From a virus: DNA of 64,000 nt. The position numbers and the translations under genes are program-made. This document shows positions 1 to 9,126 of the stretch, piece by piece. Position 1 is the stretch's first letter. Every line of letters begins with the position of its first letter. The stretch covers positions 96,001 to 160,000 of the IMG/VR virus record IMGVR_UViG_3300044695_008209; one strand, written 5' to 3'. The notes below the pieces were generated by a model. That model worked only from the letters and a program-made list of their open reading frames with translations. It was not told where the DNA came from and ran no database searches.

Positions 1-107
1 GTGAGGAGGATCTGCCCGTGCACGTGGATGTCGACGGGTACCTCGAAGTACGGCACCTTTTCGGTGCGCACGGCGTCCCGGACGTAGAGATGGACGGTCT
101 CGTTCAC
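1..107 (-). CDS. Hypothetical protein, 5' part only (runs off the window edge)
   Basis: GTG at 107 overlaps the TGA of the upstream ORF (GTGA coupling); frame open to the edge (VNETVHLYVRDAVRTEKVPYFEVPVDIHV...). Confidence 0.5.
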   Translation of the reverse strand, partial: MNETVHLYVRDAVRTEKVPYFEVPVDIHVHGQILL

Positions 108-484
108 TTCTCGGTCTCCTTGGTGAAGGGGAGGGGGGTCTGCGCATCCGAGGGCTCATCCCCGGGACGCTCGTAGGGGGTGTACTGCTCGCGGTACGAA
201 CGCGGGTCCGGGCCGCGCCCACAGAGGTGGTCGAACATCTGCGTGTACCAGACAGCCTTCCGCTCGTCCTCGTCCACGGGCCCCTTCAGGCCCTTGCGGT
301 CGCGGTACTTGAAGGCGCAGGACGCGCAGTGAACGGCGAATGCCGCGTCCGCGATGCCGCATCCGGCCGCCAAGGCGTCCGTGAACCAGTCGCCGGCGCG
401 GTCGCGGATGCGGTCGATCGTCTCTCGGCCCTCCGCGCTGTAGCGCACCGGCGCCACGTTGAAGCCGGTGTTGTCGTCGCTCAT
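104..484 (-). CDS. Hypothetical protein (126 aa)
   Basis: Abuts polymerase stop, GC3-rich codons, HCASC motif. Confidence 0.7.
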   Translation of the reverse strand: MSDDNTGFNVAPVRYSAEGRETIDRIRDRAGDWFTDALAAGCGIADAAFAVHCASCAFKYRDRKGLKGPVDEDERKAVWYTQMFDHLCGRGPDPRSYREQYTPYERPGDEPSDAQTPLPFTKETEK

Positions 485-3016
485 TTAGCCCTTCCCCTCG
501 CCCCAGTTGAGGGCGTCGTTGATGTCGATGAGGATGGGGACCCGCATAGGGAACGGGTTCTCCATCAGGGTCTTGACGCGGCGCTTCGCCGCCGTGACGA
601 TCTCCGGGATATCTGGGACCTCCCAGATCAGCTCGTCGTGCACCTGCATGAGCATGCGCGCACCCAGCTGCCGGAGCTCGACGTCGCTCTCACACTTGTC
701 CATCGCTGCGTTGCAGATGTCGGCTGCGGAGCCCTGGATGCGGCTGTTCGGCGCCTGGCGATCCGCCTGCGACGACTTCATCCGGTCGTTGGAGATGATC
801 TCCGGCAGCCGGCGAGGGTGACCGATGACGGTGTAGACCGCGAGGTCCTGCCGACACTGCTCCCTCGTCCGCTCGATGAACTGGCCGATGCCGGGGAAGA
901 TCTCCCACAGGTACCGGTCGATCAGGTCCTGCGCTTCCGGGCAGGAGTCCCGGAGGTGCCCGTCACGCCCCTTGCGCTTGACGATGGGCAGTCCCAGCTG
1001 CATGCCCAGCTTCAGGGCGCCGATGCCGTACACGATGCCGAAGCCGGTGCTCTTCAGCGCCTTTCGAGCGTCGATGAGCATCTCCTCGAAGTCGGTGGGG
1101 GCCCGCCCCTTCCCCTCTTCGTGCGCCGCCGCGACGTCCTTTGCCGCCTTGGCCATCTCGTAGGTGATGCCCGGAGGCAATCCCGCAGCGCCCAGGGCCG
1201 ACGCGAGAGCCACGGTCTTGCAGTGGAGGTCCTGCTTCGCGTGGATGGCGCCGATCATCGCCTCGTCCTCGCTGAAGTGGGCGAGGATGCACATCTCCAG
1301 CTGCTTGAAGTCCGCCACGACCAGCCGCATCGGGAAGTCCGGATCGAGGTCCGGCCCCTTCACGTCGCGCAGGTGCGGCAGGCAGATGTCCTGGCTGCAG
1401 TCCCCCCACCGACCGGCGACGAACAGCCGGCGGATGAGCTTCCCCCACTTCCCCTTCGCGGGGATGTTCTGGAGGTTGGGGTCGCTGGAGGCGAGTCGCC
1501 ACGTGCGCGCGCCGCCACCGTTGAGGGACGTGTGGATCCGGCGAAGACGGTCGATCCACTTCGGGAGCCCGACCATGTAGTCGCCGTGCAGCTTCCGGAA
1601 CTTCCGGTGCTCGAGGATGAGCGTTGAGAGCTTGTGCCCCTTGCCGGCGAAGTTCTCCAGAACCTCGGCATCCGTGCTCGGCTCCTTGATGCCGCTCGCA
1701 CCGCCGGTCGTCATCTTCTTGGGAGTGTCGCCGAAGGGGTCGAACCACTTTCCCTTCGCGTCCTTCTCGAACAGCTTGGCTCGGAGCTGGTCCGCACTCT
1801 GCGGGTTGAAGGACAGGTCCCCGGTCTCGGACACCACCGCCCGCTCCAGGCGGTCGAGTTCCTTCTGCATGTCGACCGCGTAGGCGTGGGTCTGCTCCAC
1901 GTCGATCGCGAAGCCGCGCCGCTCGAGGTTCCAGAGGATCTGCTGGAACTTCGTCCGCTTGGTCTCGTAGTGCCAGAGCAGGAGCTCTGGGCGAACCTTG
2001 CGTGCGAGCACGTCCTCCGTGATCATCTCCATCTCCGGTCCCGCCAGCAGCGTGCGCATCTTCGGCACCAGCGAGAACGACCCCCAGCTGTCCAGGCTGG
2101 CGTAGTCGCACGCGCTCTCGCGTAGGGCCTCCACTGGGTTCTCCGGGATGCCGGTCTGCGCGAGCAGGAAGTCGTAGACGACCTGCGTCGCCTCACGCAG
2201 GCTGGGCTCGCTCTCCGTCAAGGAGATGAGGTCCTTCCGGTCTCTGGGAGCGATCTCGTCCGGCGCCCCGAGGAGCTGCATGAACTCGGACACGTACCGG
2301 TGCACCCCGGACTGCTGCTCGACGAGCCCGAACTGCTCAGCGATCGCCACCACCTGCCGGGCGGTGAGCGTACACTTCGCCGCGCGCAGGGACAGGTGAA
2401 GCCGCTTCACCGCCTCGAGGACCTCGGGATCCCCCTCAACGCGCTTGAGGCGCAGGAGCACGTCGCGAGCCCACTTCTGGGCCATCTCGACCATGCCCTC
2501 GTGGTCGTGGAGCTCGAGGATGTCGTGGATCTCGCACATCGTGCGGACCTCCTCATCCTTGACCCCCGCGCTGCCGAACACGTCCTTGAAGGTGGACATG
2601 CGGAGGCCGAGGTATTCCAACGCGCACGGCTTGAGGCCGTGCTGTCCCTGGCGGTTCTCGTCGATGCAGAAGTCCATGTCGACGGTGTCGACGATGTGGC
2701 CGCGGAGACGGATGCCGTGGTTGGCCAGCAGGTGCTGGTCGTAGTTCGAGTTCGACAGCCGCTTCTCGATCTCCTCGTCTTCGAGCAGATCCGTGAAGAT
2801 GGGCAGCAGCCGAACCGGGCCACAGATGCGGGCCTCGTGGACGGCGAGGGAGAAGAAACGGATGCGATCCCGGACGATGTCGAGGCCGGTGGTCTCGGTG
2901 TCGACGCCCAGGCCTTGGCGGGGCGCCTCCTGCTCGAAGTACGCCTTCCACTGGAGCGCCTGCTCCACGGTACGGACGTAAACCGGCACAGGGGTCCGGA
3001 TGATGTCAAAGCGCAT
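485..3016 (-). CDS. polA: Family A DNA polymerase with 3'-5' exonuclease, no 5'-3' exonuclease domain
   Basis: ExoI VDTETTGLD, ExoII NSNYD, ExoIII YASLD; motif A VADFKQLEMCILAHFS, motif B RKALKSTGFGIVYG, motif C QVHDEL. Confidence 0.96.
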   Translation of the reverse strand: MRFDIIRTPVPVYVRTVEQALQWKAYFEQEAPRQGLGVDTETTGLDIVRDRIRFFSLAVHEARICGPVRLLPIFTDLLEDEEIEKRLSNSNYDQHLLANHGIRLRGHIVDTVDMDFCIDENRQGQHGLKPCALEYLGLRMSTFKDVFGSAGVKDEEVRTMCEIHDILELHDHEGMVEMAQKWARDVLLRLKRVEGDPEVLEAVKRLHLSLRAAKCTLTARQVVAIAEQFGLVEQQSGVHRYVSEFMQLLGAPDEIAPRDRKDLISLTESEPSLREATQVVYDFLLAQTGIPENPVEALRESACDYASLDSWGSFSLVPKMRTLLAGPEMEMITEDVLARKVRPELLLWHYETKRTKFQQILWNLERRGFAIDVEQTHAYAVDMQKELDRLERAVVSETGDLSFNPQSADQLRAKLFEKDAKGKWFDPFGDTPKKMTTGGASGIKEPSTDAEVLENFAGKGHKLSTLILEHRKFRKLHGDYMVGLPKWIDRLRRIHTSLNGGGARTWRLASSDPNLQNIPAKGKWGKLIRRLFVAGRWGDCSQDICLPHLRDVKGPDLDPDFPMRLVVADFKQLEMCILAHFSEDEAMIGAIHAKQDLHCKTVALASALGAAGLPPGITYEMAKAAKDVAAAHEEGKGRAPTDFEEMLIDARKALKSTGFGIVYGIGALKLGMQLGLPIVKRKGRDGHLRDSCPEAQDLIDRYLWEIFPGIGQFIERTREQCRQDLAVYTVIGHPRRLPEIISNDRMKSSQADRQAPNSRIQGSAADICNAAMDKCESDVELRQLGARMLMQVHDELIWEVPDIPEIVTAAKRRVKTLMENPFPMRVPILIDINDALNWGEGKG

Positions 3017-3046
3017 GCAGACCTCGTCTGATCACGGTTTATAGGC

Positions 3047-3083
3047 AAGAAACGCCGCACCCCCCGAAGGAGGTGCGGCGTTT
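3047..3083 (-). terminator. Intrinsic terminator between SSB gene and polA
   Basis: AAACGCCGCACC...GGTGCGGCGTTT inverted repeat with TTCG loop, followed by TTTCTT on the minus strand. Confidence 0.85.
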
Positions 3084-3092
3084 CAGGGTCAG

Positions 3093-4412
3093 CTACTCGC
3101 GCCGACGCCGGCGAGGGGCGTCCTCTTCCGGCTCAGCGCGCCCGCGCCGGCGCGGGGTGTCGTCCTCGTCCGGCTCCGCCTCCGCGCGACCACCCCGACC
3201 GCGGGGCTTGTCGTCGTCCGCATCGTCGCCGCCGCCGTAGCGGGAGTACTTGCTCTCCCCCTTCTCCGGCGGGAACGGGTTGCGGATGCCGAGCGTCCGC
3301 GCGAGGAACTCGTGGTCCTTCGGCTCGTGGACCTTCTCGAAGTCCCACTGCGACGTGGCCTGCTTCCGGATGTCCATGTCCTCGACGAAGATCCACCCGC
3401 CGTCGTCGTCGTACTTCGGGTAGTACTCCTTACCGTCCTTCTCGAACTCGATCAGGTAGTTCCCGTTCGGGAGCTGGTACTGGTCGAGCGGAGTGATCTT
3501 CTTGACCACGATGTGCGAGTTGGTCCCCTCGCCCTCCTTCCGCACCCGGGCGACGACATCGAACGCGCTCAGCGGCTCGGGCCGCTTGCAGGAGTTGCAC
3601 GTGTTCTCGGGCACCGGCAGGCCGATGTGTCCGCACTTCTTGCACTTCTCCCGGGACATGGCGAAGGCCGCGACCTCCTTCTTGCCCATGTCGTCCTTGT
3701 CGACGTCCGCCAGCTCCTCCTCGCACTGCTCGCAGGTGAAGGCGATCGGGGTGAGGTCTCCACCGCACCGGCAGAACTTCGCCGCGTCCGCGTCGATCTG
3801 CGCCAGGTCATCGCGGTGGCCGCCGCCGACCTCGATGTACCGCTTCTGGAACATCCGGACCGTGCCGTCGTCGATGTAGTTGTCCAGGTCCGCGAGGATC
3901 CGCTTGCGGTCGCTGGGGCGCTCGACCGGCTCCCACACCATGACGGGCTTGCCGCGGTTCTCGCCGTCCTCGTGCTTGACGACCTTGCCATCCCGCTCCA
4001 GCGGCACCTTCTCGTACAGCCCGAAGTGCAGGATGTTGAAGCTGAAGTCCGGCTTCTTGGTGACGCGCCGATCGCCCTCCGCCTGCGCCTTGCAGCCCAG
4101 GCAGTCCTTCTTCCCCGCGTCGATGCCGCACCGCGCGGTCATGAACGAGCCCTTGCCCGAGGGCTTGAGCTTGAGGTGGTGCATCTGGCAGGTGTGGAAG
4201 TGCGCCAGACGCACCTCGCCCGTCTTCTCGTCCACGTCTTCCGGGTTCTCGTACGCCGCCCGAGTGAGGAGGATGTCCTCTTCCTCGGCCTTGGGGATGT
4301 CGTACCGATCCCGCCACGATCCTCGCCAGCCGGTGCCCTTCCCGGCCCTACGCGACTTTCCGTCGAGCACGCTGCGGCGGAGGCCGCTCACAACCCTATT
4401 CTGAGTGCTCAT
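3093..4412 (-). CDS. Probable T4 gp32-like single-stranded DNA-binding protein with Zn-ribbon insertion
   Basis: H/C...C...CxxC Zn site, KEGEGTNS-type beta segment, long charged C-terminal tail, position next to primase/helicase/polymerase. Confidence 0.6.
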   Translation of the reverse strand: MSTQNRVVSGLRRSVLDGKSRRAGKGTGWRGSWRDRYDIPKAEEEDILLTRAAYENPEDVDEKTGEVRLAHFHTCQMHHLKLKPSGKGSFMTARCGIDAGKKDCLGCKAQAEGDRRVTKKPDFSFNILHFGLYEKVPLERDGKVVKHEDGENRGKPVMVWEPVERPSDRKRILADLDNYIDDGTVRMFQKRYIEVGGGHRDDLAQIDADAAKFCRCGGDLTPIAFTCEQCEEELADVDKDDMGKKEVAAFAMSREKCKKCGHIGLPVPENTCNSCKRPEPLSAFDVVARVRKEGEGTNSHIVVKKITPLDQYQLPNGNYLIEFEKDGKEYYPKYDDDGGWIFVEDMDIRKQATSQWDFEKVHEPKDHEFLARTLGIRNPFPPEKGESKYSRYGGGDDADDDKPRGRGGRAEAEPDEDDTPRRRGRAEPEEDAPRRRRRE

Positions 4413-5400
4413 GATAGTTCCTTCTCCATTCTCTGAGTGAAAGAGGCGTCCCGAGCGCCTCGTCGATTTCGGCCTGAGTCAAGTCGTCGGGTTGCAACTT
4501 GATTTCTGGGTAGGGGTAGCGCATGACAGCTACGTCCTGGCCCCGGAGCTTATATCCAATCTTGGACGTTCCTACGCGCCCCCAGTGGTCATTGTCGCCA
4601 CACAGGATGATCTTCGTTCCCAGGCGTTCGAGGAACATTTGCTGCGTGAGCGAGAGCCCGGTTCCCATGACCGCCACGGTGTTGTAGTAGCCGTGCTGGA
4701 CGAGCCACAACGCCGCCTTGTAGCCCTCGGTGACGTACACCGGGCCAGCACCCTTGCTGTGGTAGACGGCCGCGTAGACCTTCTCCCAGCGCCAGAGGAA
4801 CTGCCTGTTGTTGATGTGGTACCCGCGGAACCCCATCTCCACGAGCTCCTGCTCGTAGACCCTGTACTTGCCGCCCCCTCCCGGGTCGTTCGGCTTTCCC
4901 ACGATGCCCGCGAGCGTCCCGTGAAGGTCGCGGATGGCGTACGTGGTGCGGTGTCTTTCGGTGTCGACCCCGACATCGTTGTCCTGCAGCACCTGCGGGT
5001 CGAACCCTACGCGCAGGAGCTCGGCCGGGGCGTACTCGAAGAGCCCGAGGATCTTCTCGGGCAGCGGGTACTCCGTCAGGAAGATGCCGCCCGAGGCGAC
5101 GACGTTCTTCTTCTTGCTGACGGGGACCAGGTACGGCCGCAGCCGCTCCATCGTGCGGTCGATGTACTGGTCGGACTTGTGCAGCCTCTTGAGGAGCTGC
5201 GTGAGCCCGCCCGCCCCACAACCTGCGAAGCAGTTCCACTGCCCGGTTGCGGCGTTGAAGCTGAAGGAGGGGGTGGATTTCCCCCGCACTTCTCCGTGGA
5301 TCGGGCAGAACCCGATCCAGTTGCTGCCGGAACCCTGACGGAGTCCGTCCACCAGGGGGAACACCGTCGAGAGTACCGGTCCCTGCTGGGCCGGCGGCAT
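4396..5400 (-). CDS. dnaG: DNA primase (CHC2 zinc finger + Toprim)
   Basis: CPIHGE...WNCFAGC zinc finger; Toprim VTEG and LCGDND. Confidence 0.88.
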   Translation of the reverse strand: MPPAQQGPVLSTVFPLVDGLRQGSGSNWIGFCPIHGEVRGKSTPSFSFNAATGQWNCFAGCGAGGLTQLLKRLHKSDQYIDRTMERLRPYLVPVSKKKNVVASGGIFLTEYPLPEKILGLFEYAPAELLRVGFDPQVLQDNDVGVDTERHRTTYAIRDLHGTLAGIVGKPNDPGGGGKYRVYEQELVEMGFRGYHINNRQFLWRWEKVYAAVYHSKGAGPVYVTEGYKAALWLVQHGYYNTVAVMGTGLSLTQQMFLERLGTKIILCGDNDHWGRVGTSKIGYKLRGQDVAVMRYPYPEIKLQPDDLTQAEIDEALGTPLSLREWRRNYHEHSE

Positions 5401-5403
5401 GGG

Positions 5404-6840
5404 TCAGCGGATCCGCGGACTGCTGACTTTCTTGCGGGGCCCGGACTTCCCCGGTGTCCCGAAGGCCGCTGCTGCGGGGGTCGGAGCGGAACCACCGCCC
5501 TCGGCGCGTGCCTCGTCCTCGTCGTGGTCCTTCTTGTCCTTCAAGAAGGCGTTCACGTCCACAGTCGCTTGGAGCAAGCTGAAGTCCTTCCCCGGATGGG
5601 CGTTGATGACGAACGGGTTGAGCACGGCGTCGCGCGTGCCCGGGAACGTGAACATGAGCTTCGGTTTGCCCGTTGCCAGGTTCCGAGCCTTGAACACGCG
5701 CATCAGCAAGTCGGTGTCCTGCCCGATCGCGTCAGCGTACCCGACCTCGTCGGTGTCATCCCCAGAGGTCTTCGATGCGCCGCGGTTCGCCTGCGTCGTC
5801 CCGATGACCGGGACCGCGAGGGTCTGGGCCATGTTCTTGAGGTCCGACGAGATGTTGGACACCTGCTTCCACTCGCGGCTGCGCTGGTTCGTGCGCCCGT
5901 CCCGCATCAGGTAGAACCCGTCCACGATGATGAGGTCGGCGCCGAAGCGCTCGGCCTCCGCGGACAGGATGTCCACCGTGGCACCCTTCGACCCGCTGCT
6001 CAGCTTCCGGTCGCTGAGGAACGTCATCGCCGCCTTCCGCCCGCCACCGGACGTGGCCTTCTCCCAGTCGGAGAGCCCCTCGAGGGTGTTGAAGAACTTC
6101 TTCTCGTCCTCTGCGGAGAGCTGCCCGCTCTTCAACTCCTCGTAGTCGATCTCGGCGATGATGGAGGCCGCCCGTCGCGCGAGGATCCGATCGGACATCT
6201 CCTTCGAGTAGACGAGCACTCGGTAGCCGCACAGGTACGCGTGGCAGGCGATGGCGATCGCCACCCAGGTCTTCATCTGCTTCGGACGAGCGTAGATGAC
6301 GATGAAGTCCTCCGGCTGCATTCCCGCGGTCGCCTTGTTCAGGGGCGCCCACGGGAACGGGAGTCCGGTGATGCCGCCGGCCTCCTGCATGCGGTCGTAG
6401 TCCTCACGCATGCCGAGCGCGGCGGACGACATCAGCAGGTGCTTGCTCTCACTGCCCTGCAGGCTCAGCTCCCGCAGCTGTGGAAGATACGCCCCCAGGA
6501 TCACCTGCGGGTCCTCGCCCTCGTCGAGCAGCCCGTCGATCTCCTCAACACTGGCACGGATCCCGGCCTTGACGTTGTTGTCGACCACCTCCTTCGCCAG
6601 CGCGTCGATCGGGTCTCTCGAGGGGCAGTAGTCGAACTCGGGGAAGTGCCGGCGAACGCGGTCCAGACTCGGAACTACCCCGCCGGTGTGGACGTTCGTG
6701 AACGCGTCCGAGATCCACCGGTACATCTCCCGGCCTTCTTCCGTCTGGAGGAAGGCGGCGTTGAAGCCAGAACGCCGAAGCGTCGAGATGTCGCCGTCCC
6801 GGATGATGTTGGAGATGAGAGTGAGTTCCACGTTCGCCAT
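5404..6840 (-). CDS. dnaB: DnaB-like replicative helicase
   Basis: IYARPKQMKT Walker A (variant), IIVDG Walker B, VPVIGTTQANR, YADAIGQDTD. Confidence 0.9.
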   Translation of the reverse strand: MANVELTLISNIIRDGDISTLRRSGFNAAFLQTEEGREMYRWISDAFTNVHTGGVVPSLDRVRRHFPEFDYCPSRDPIDALAKEVVDNNVKAGIRASVEEIDGLLDEGEDPQVILGAYLPQLRELSLQGSESKHLLMSSAALGMREDYDRMQEAGGITGLPFPWAPLNKATAGMQPEDFIVIYARPKQMKTWVAIAIACHAYLCGYRVLVYSKEMSDRILARRAASIIAEIDYEELKSGQLSAEDEKKFFNTLEGLSDWEKATSGGGRKAAMTFLSDRKLSSGSKGATVDILSAEAERFGADLIIVDGFYLMRDGRTNQRSREWKQVSNISSDLKNMAQTLAVPVIGTTQANRGASKTSGDDTDEVGYADAIGQDTDLLMRVFKARNLATGKPKLMFTFPGTRDAVLNPFVINAHPGKDFSLLQATVDVNAFLKDKKDHDEDEARAEGGGSAPTPAAAAFGTPGKSGPRKKVSSPRIR

Positions 6841-7140
6841 TCAGAGTTCCTCTTCGTCGGGTGAGACTTCTTCGAGGGCGCGCCCGTCTGCCGCCGCCTT
6901 CTCCAGCACCGACTCTTCTCCGAGCCCGACCAGGCGCCCCATGTGAAGGCCTACCGCGTACAGGAGCGCCTCGAGGTCGCGCTGGAGAGGTTCGGGCAGT
7001 GGGAGGGTCGTCTCCTGTGCCCGGGCCAGCACGCTCACGCTGCCGGCCCCCTCGTTGATGGCAGCGATGTTGTACCGAACGGAGATGCCTCCGTCGGTCA
7101 CGAGCAGCGCGGTGGGCTGGATCTCTACACGAGCGCCCAC
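6841..7140 (-). CDS. Hypothetical protein (99 aa)
   Basis: GTG start with GGAG RBS, tightly packed in operon. Confidence 0.65.
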   Translation of the reverse strand: MGARVEIQPTALLVTDGGISVRYNIAAINEGAGSVSVLARAQETTLPLPEPLQRDLEALLYAVGLHMGRLVGLGEESVLEKAAADGRALEEVSPDEEEL

Positions 7141-7142
7141 GG

Positions 7143-7511
7143 CTACTCCCTGGACCGCGCACGTTTCTCGGCCCGGGCGAGGAGGGTCGCCTTGTAGATC
7201 CCCTCCGCCGTGTCGATCGCGTCGGAGGTGAACCGAACCGCCAGAGAAGAGGCGAGGTCAGCGGCGCGCTCCACGTCTTCCTCCGACTGGTTGCAGGTCA
7301 GGCTGACGGTGCAGTGGGCGCCGAACCCATTGCCGAAGTCCTTGTCGGCGAGCTCGAAGGAGCAGGCCACTCGAGCGTTCCCGTCACCGACCAGGTCACG
7401 GAGTTTATCACGGGGCATGTCTACGTCCTCAGGGGTGATGGGGCGATCGAAGTAGAGGGGCTTGTCCGTGCTGAACTGGATGCGCCAGTGGACGGTGCCG
7501 ATGTCGAGCAC
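7143..7511 (-). CDS. Hypothetical protein (122 aa)
   Basis: Packed between neighbours, GC3-rich codons. Confidence 0.7.
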   Translation of the reverse strand: MLDIGTVHWRIQFSTDKPLYFDRPITPEDVDMPRDKLRDLVGDGNARVACSFELADKDFGNGFGAHCTVSLTCNQSEEDVERAADLASSLAVRFTSDAIDTAEGIYKATLLARAEKRARSRE

Positions 7512-7516
7512 GTGCC

Positions 7517-7993
7517 CTACTTCAACTCGGGAGGCAGGGACACCGACGCCGTGCCCGTCTTCGTCTGGATGTAGGTCTCGTACCGCACGCGCTGCTTCGC
7601 TGGCAGACGCGCGATCTGGTGGGGCACGACCTCGTACCTGAGGACGCCCAGCTTGATGAGCTCGTCGAGCTCGTTCGACTCGGTGGCCCTCTCGATGAGG
7701 CCGGCGCTGTCCACCGTGGTGCTCTGGGCGGCGTTCTTCACCTGCACGGCGTGCCCTCCAACGAGGTGCAGTCCGGGCCCCAGGAGCCTGCAGGCGACCT
7801 TGGCGGCCTCCTGCAGCCCGGGCACCTCGGCGCGGGCCTCCTCGAGGGCCTCCATCACCTCCGGCATCTGCTCCCGCAGACCGGCCTCGATGGAGAGGAT
7901 GGTCTGCGTGCGGGAGGCGAGGGCAGTGATGGCGAGCTCCGCAGCCTTGGCGGCGTCGGAGGGCTCGTCGTTCTCGAAATCACGTGGGTTCAT
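7517..7993 (-). CDS. Hypothetical protein (158 aa), N-terminal coiled coil
   Basis: Abuts UDG stop, GGAG RBS. Confidence 0.72.
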   Translation of the reverse strand: MNPRDFENDEPSDAAKAAELAITALASRTQTILSIEAGLREQMPEVMEALEEARAEVPGLQEAAKVACRLLGPGLHLVGGHAVQVKNAAQSTTVDSAGLIERATESNELDELIKLGVLRYEVVPHQIARLPAKQRVRYETYIQTKTGTASVSLPPELK

Positions 7994-8737
7994 CTAAGGC
8001 TCCAGGAAGCTGTGCTGGTAGTAGTCGTTGAAGAGCCTGTTGAGCAGCCGGAGGGCATACCGCAGGTCTTCGATGGTCTCGTACGTCTTGCCTTGCTTCT
8101 TCTTGACCAACTTCTGGTCCCCCTCCCGCAGGAGCTGCGAGGGACACATGATGGCGAGCATGGGGTACCGGACGGGGTTCCCGGTCACCGGACTCGGGAT
8201 GCTGATGTCGAAGATGACCCCGTGCTTGTCCGAGATGGCCACGGACTTCCCCACGAGGATCGACGCTGGGGTCTTGCCAGTGGCGATGATGAGCGCGGGG
8301 TCCACCGCGTAGATCGTCCGCCGGAGCCGGTCCGAGCAGTTCTTCACCTCGAAGGCGGAGGGGGTGCGCTTGTCTTCCGTGCGGCAGAGCACCGCGTTGG
8401 TCCAGAAGACGTGCTCGTCCAGGTAGTTGCGCAGCTTCTCGAAGTACACGGCGTCCTCGCCGATGCTGACCGCCTCGGAGAAGTCGGGGTCATCCTGTAC
8501 CGGCCACGCACGGGCGAAGACGTCCATGAGCAGCTTTCCGGAGTCACCCACGTGGGTGACTCCCTCCGCATCCTCTTCCTCTCCGGGGACCTCCCCGACG
8601 ACGAGGATGCTCGCTCTGCTGCTTCCCCCGCCGAACACGACCTGCTTGCGGGACTTCACGAGAAGGGGGCAGCGGGTGCACTCCCCGTACGCCTCCTCGA
8701 GCTCGAGAAGTGCCTCGCGTCCGCAGACGTGTCCCAT
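7994..8737 (-). CDS. udg: Uracil-DNA glycosylase family 4-like protein ([4Fe-4S] type), atypical active site
   Basis: CTRCPL, VVFGGG, VGEVPGEEED, TNAVLCR...NC; PFVG replaced by THVG and HP motif by CP. Confidence 0.88.
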   Translation of the reverse strand: MGHVCGREALLELEEAYGECTRCPLLVKSRKQVVFGGGSSRASILVVGEVPGEEEDAEGVTHVGDSGKLLMDVFARAWPVQDDPDFSEAVSIGEDAVYFEKLRNYLDEHVFWTNAVLCRTEDKRTPSAFEVKNCSDRLRRTIYAVDPALIIATGKTPASILVGKSVAISDKHGVIFDISIPSPVTGNPVRYPMLAIMCPSQLLREGDQKLVKKKQGKTYETIEDLRYALRLLNRLFNDYYQHSFLEP

Positions 8738-9126
8738 CAGGTACCCCTGGGCCGCAGCGGGCCCATGCCGGGGATGAGCAGCCCAGAGCCGCCCGTCATC
8801 ACCCGGTTGAGGTTGATCATGTTCTCGCAGGTGCTGAGGTCGAGGAACGCATCCACGCGCGCGATGATCTTCGTCGGTCCCTCGAACGGCCCGATGGGCA
8901 GCGGAAGCAGGGTCATCTCGATGGCCCCGCTCTGCTGCGGCCTGTGCTGCACGACGAGCTCGTACGCGTCCTTCAGCGCGATGTACCCGGGCCCGAAGCC
9001 CGAGGCACCCATGGCAGCCTTCGCGGAGCTGTCCAGCTTGCCGACGTAGTAGTACTTGTCCGAGCGGATCCCGATGAGGCCCGCTACGCCCGCCACGTCC
9101 GCGGCGCCGTTATGGTTCTTGTCCAT
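8737..9126 (-). CDS. Hypothetical protein (129 aa; start moved to ATG 9126)
   Basis: AAGGGAG RBS before ATG 9126; TGATG coupling to udg. Confidence 0.65.
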   Translation of the reverse strand: MDKNHNGAADVAGVAGLIGIRSDKYYYVGKLDSSAKAAMGASGFGPGYIALKDAYELVVQHRPQQSGAIEMTLLPLPIGPFEGPTKIIARVDAFLDLSTCENMINLNRVMTGGSGLLIPGMGPLRPRGT

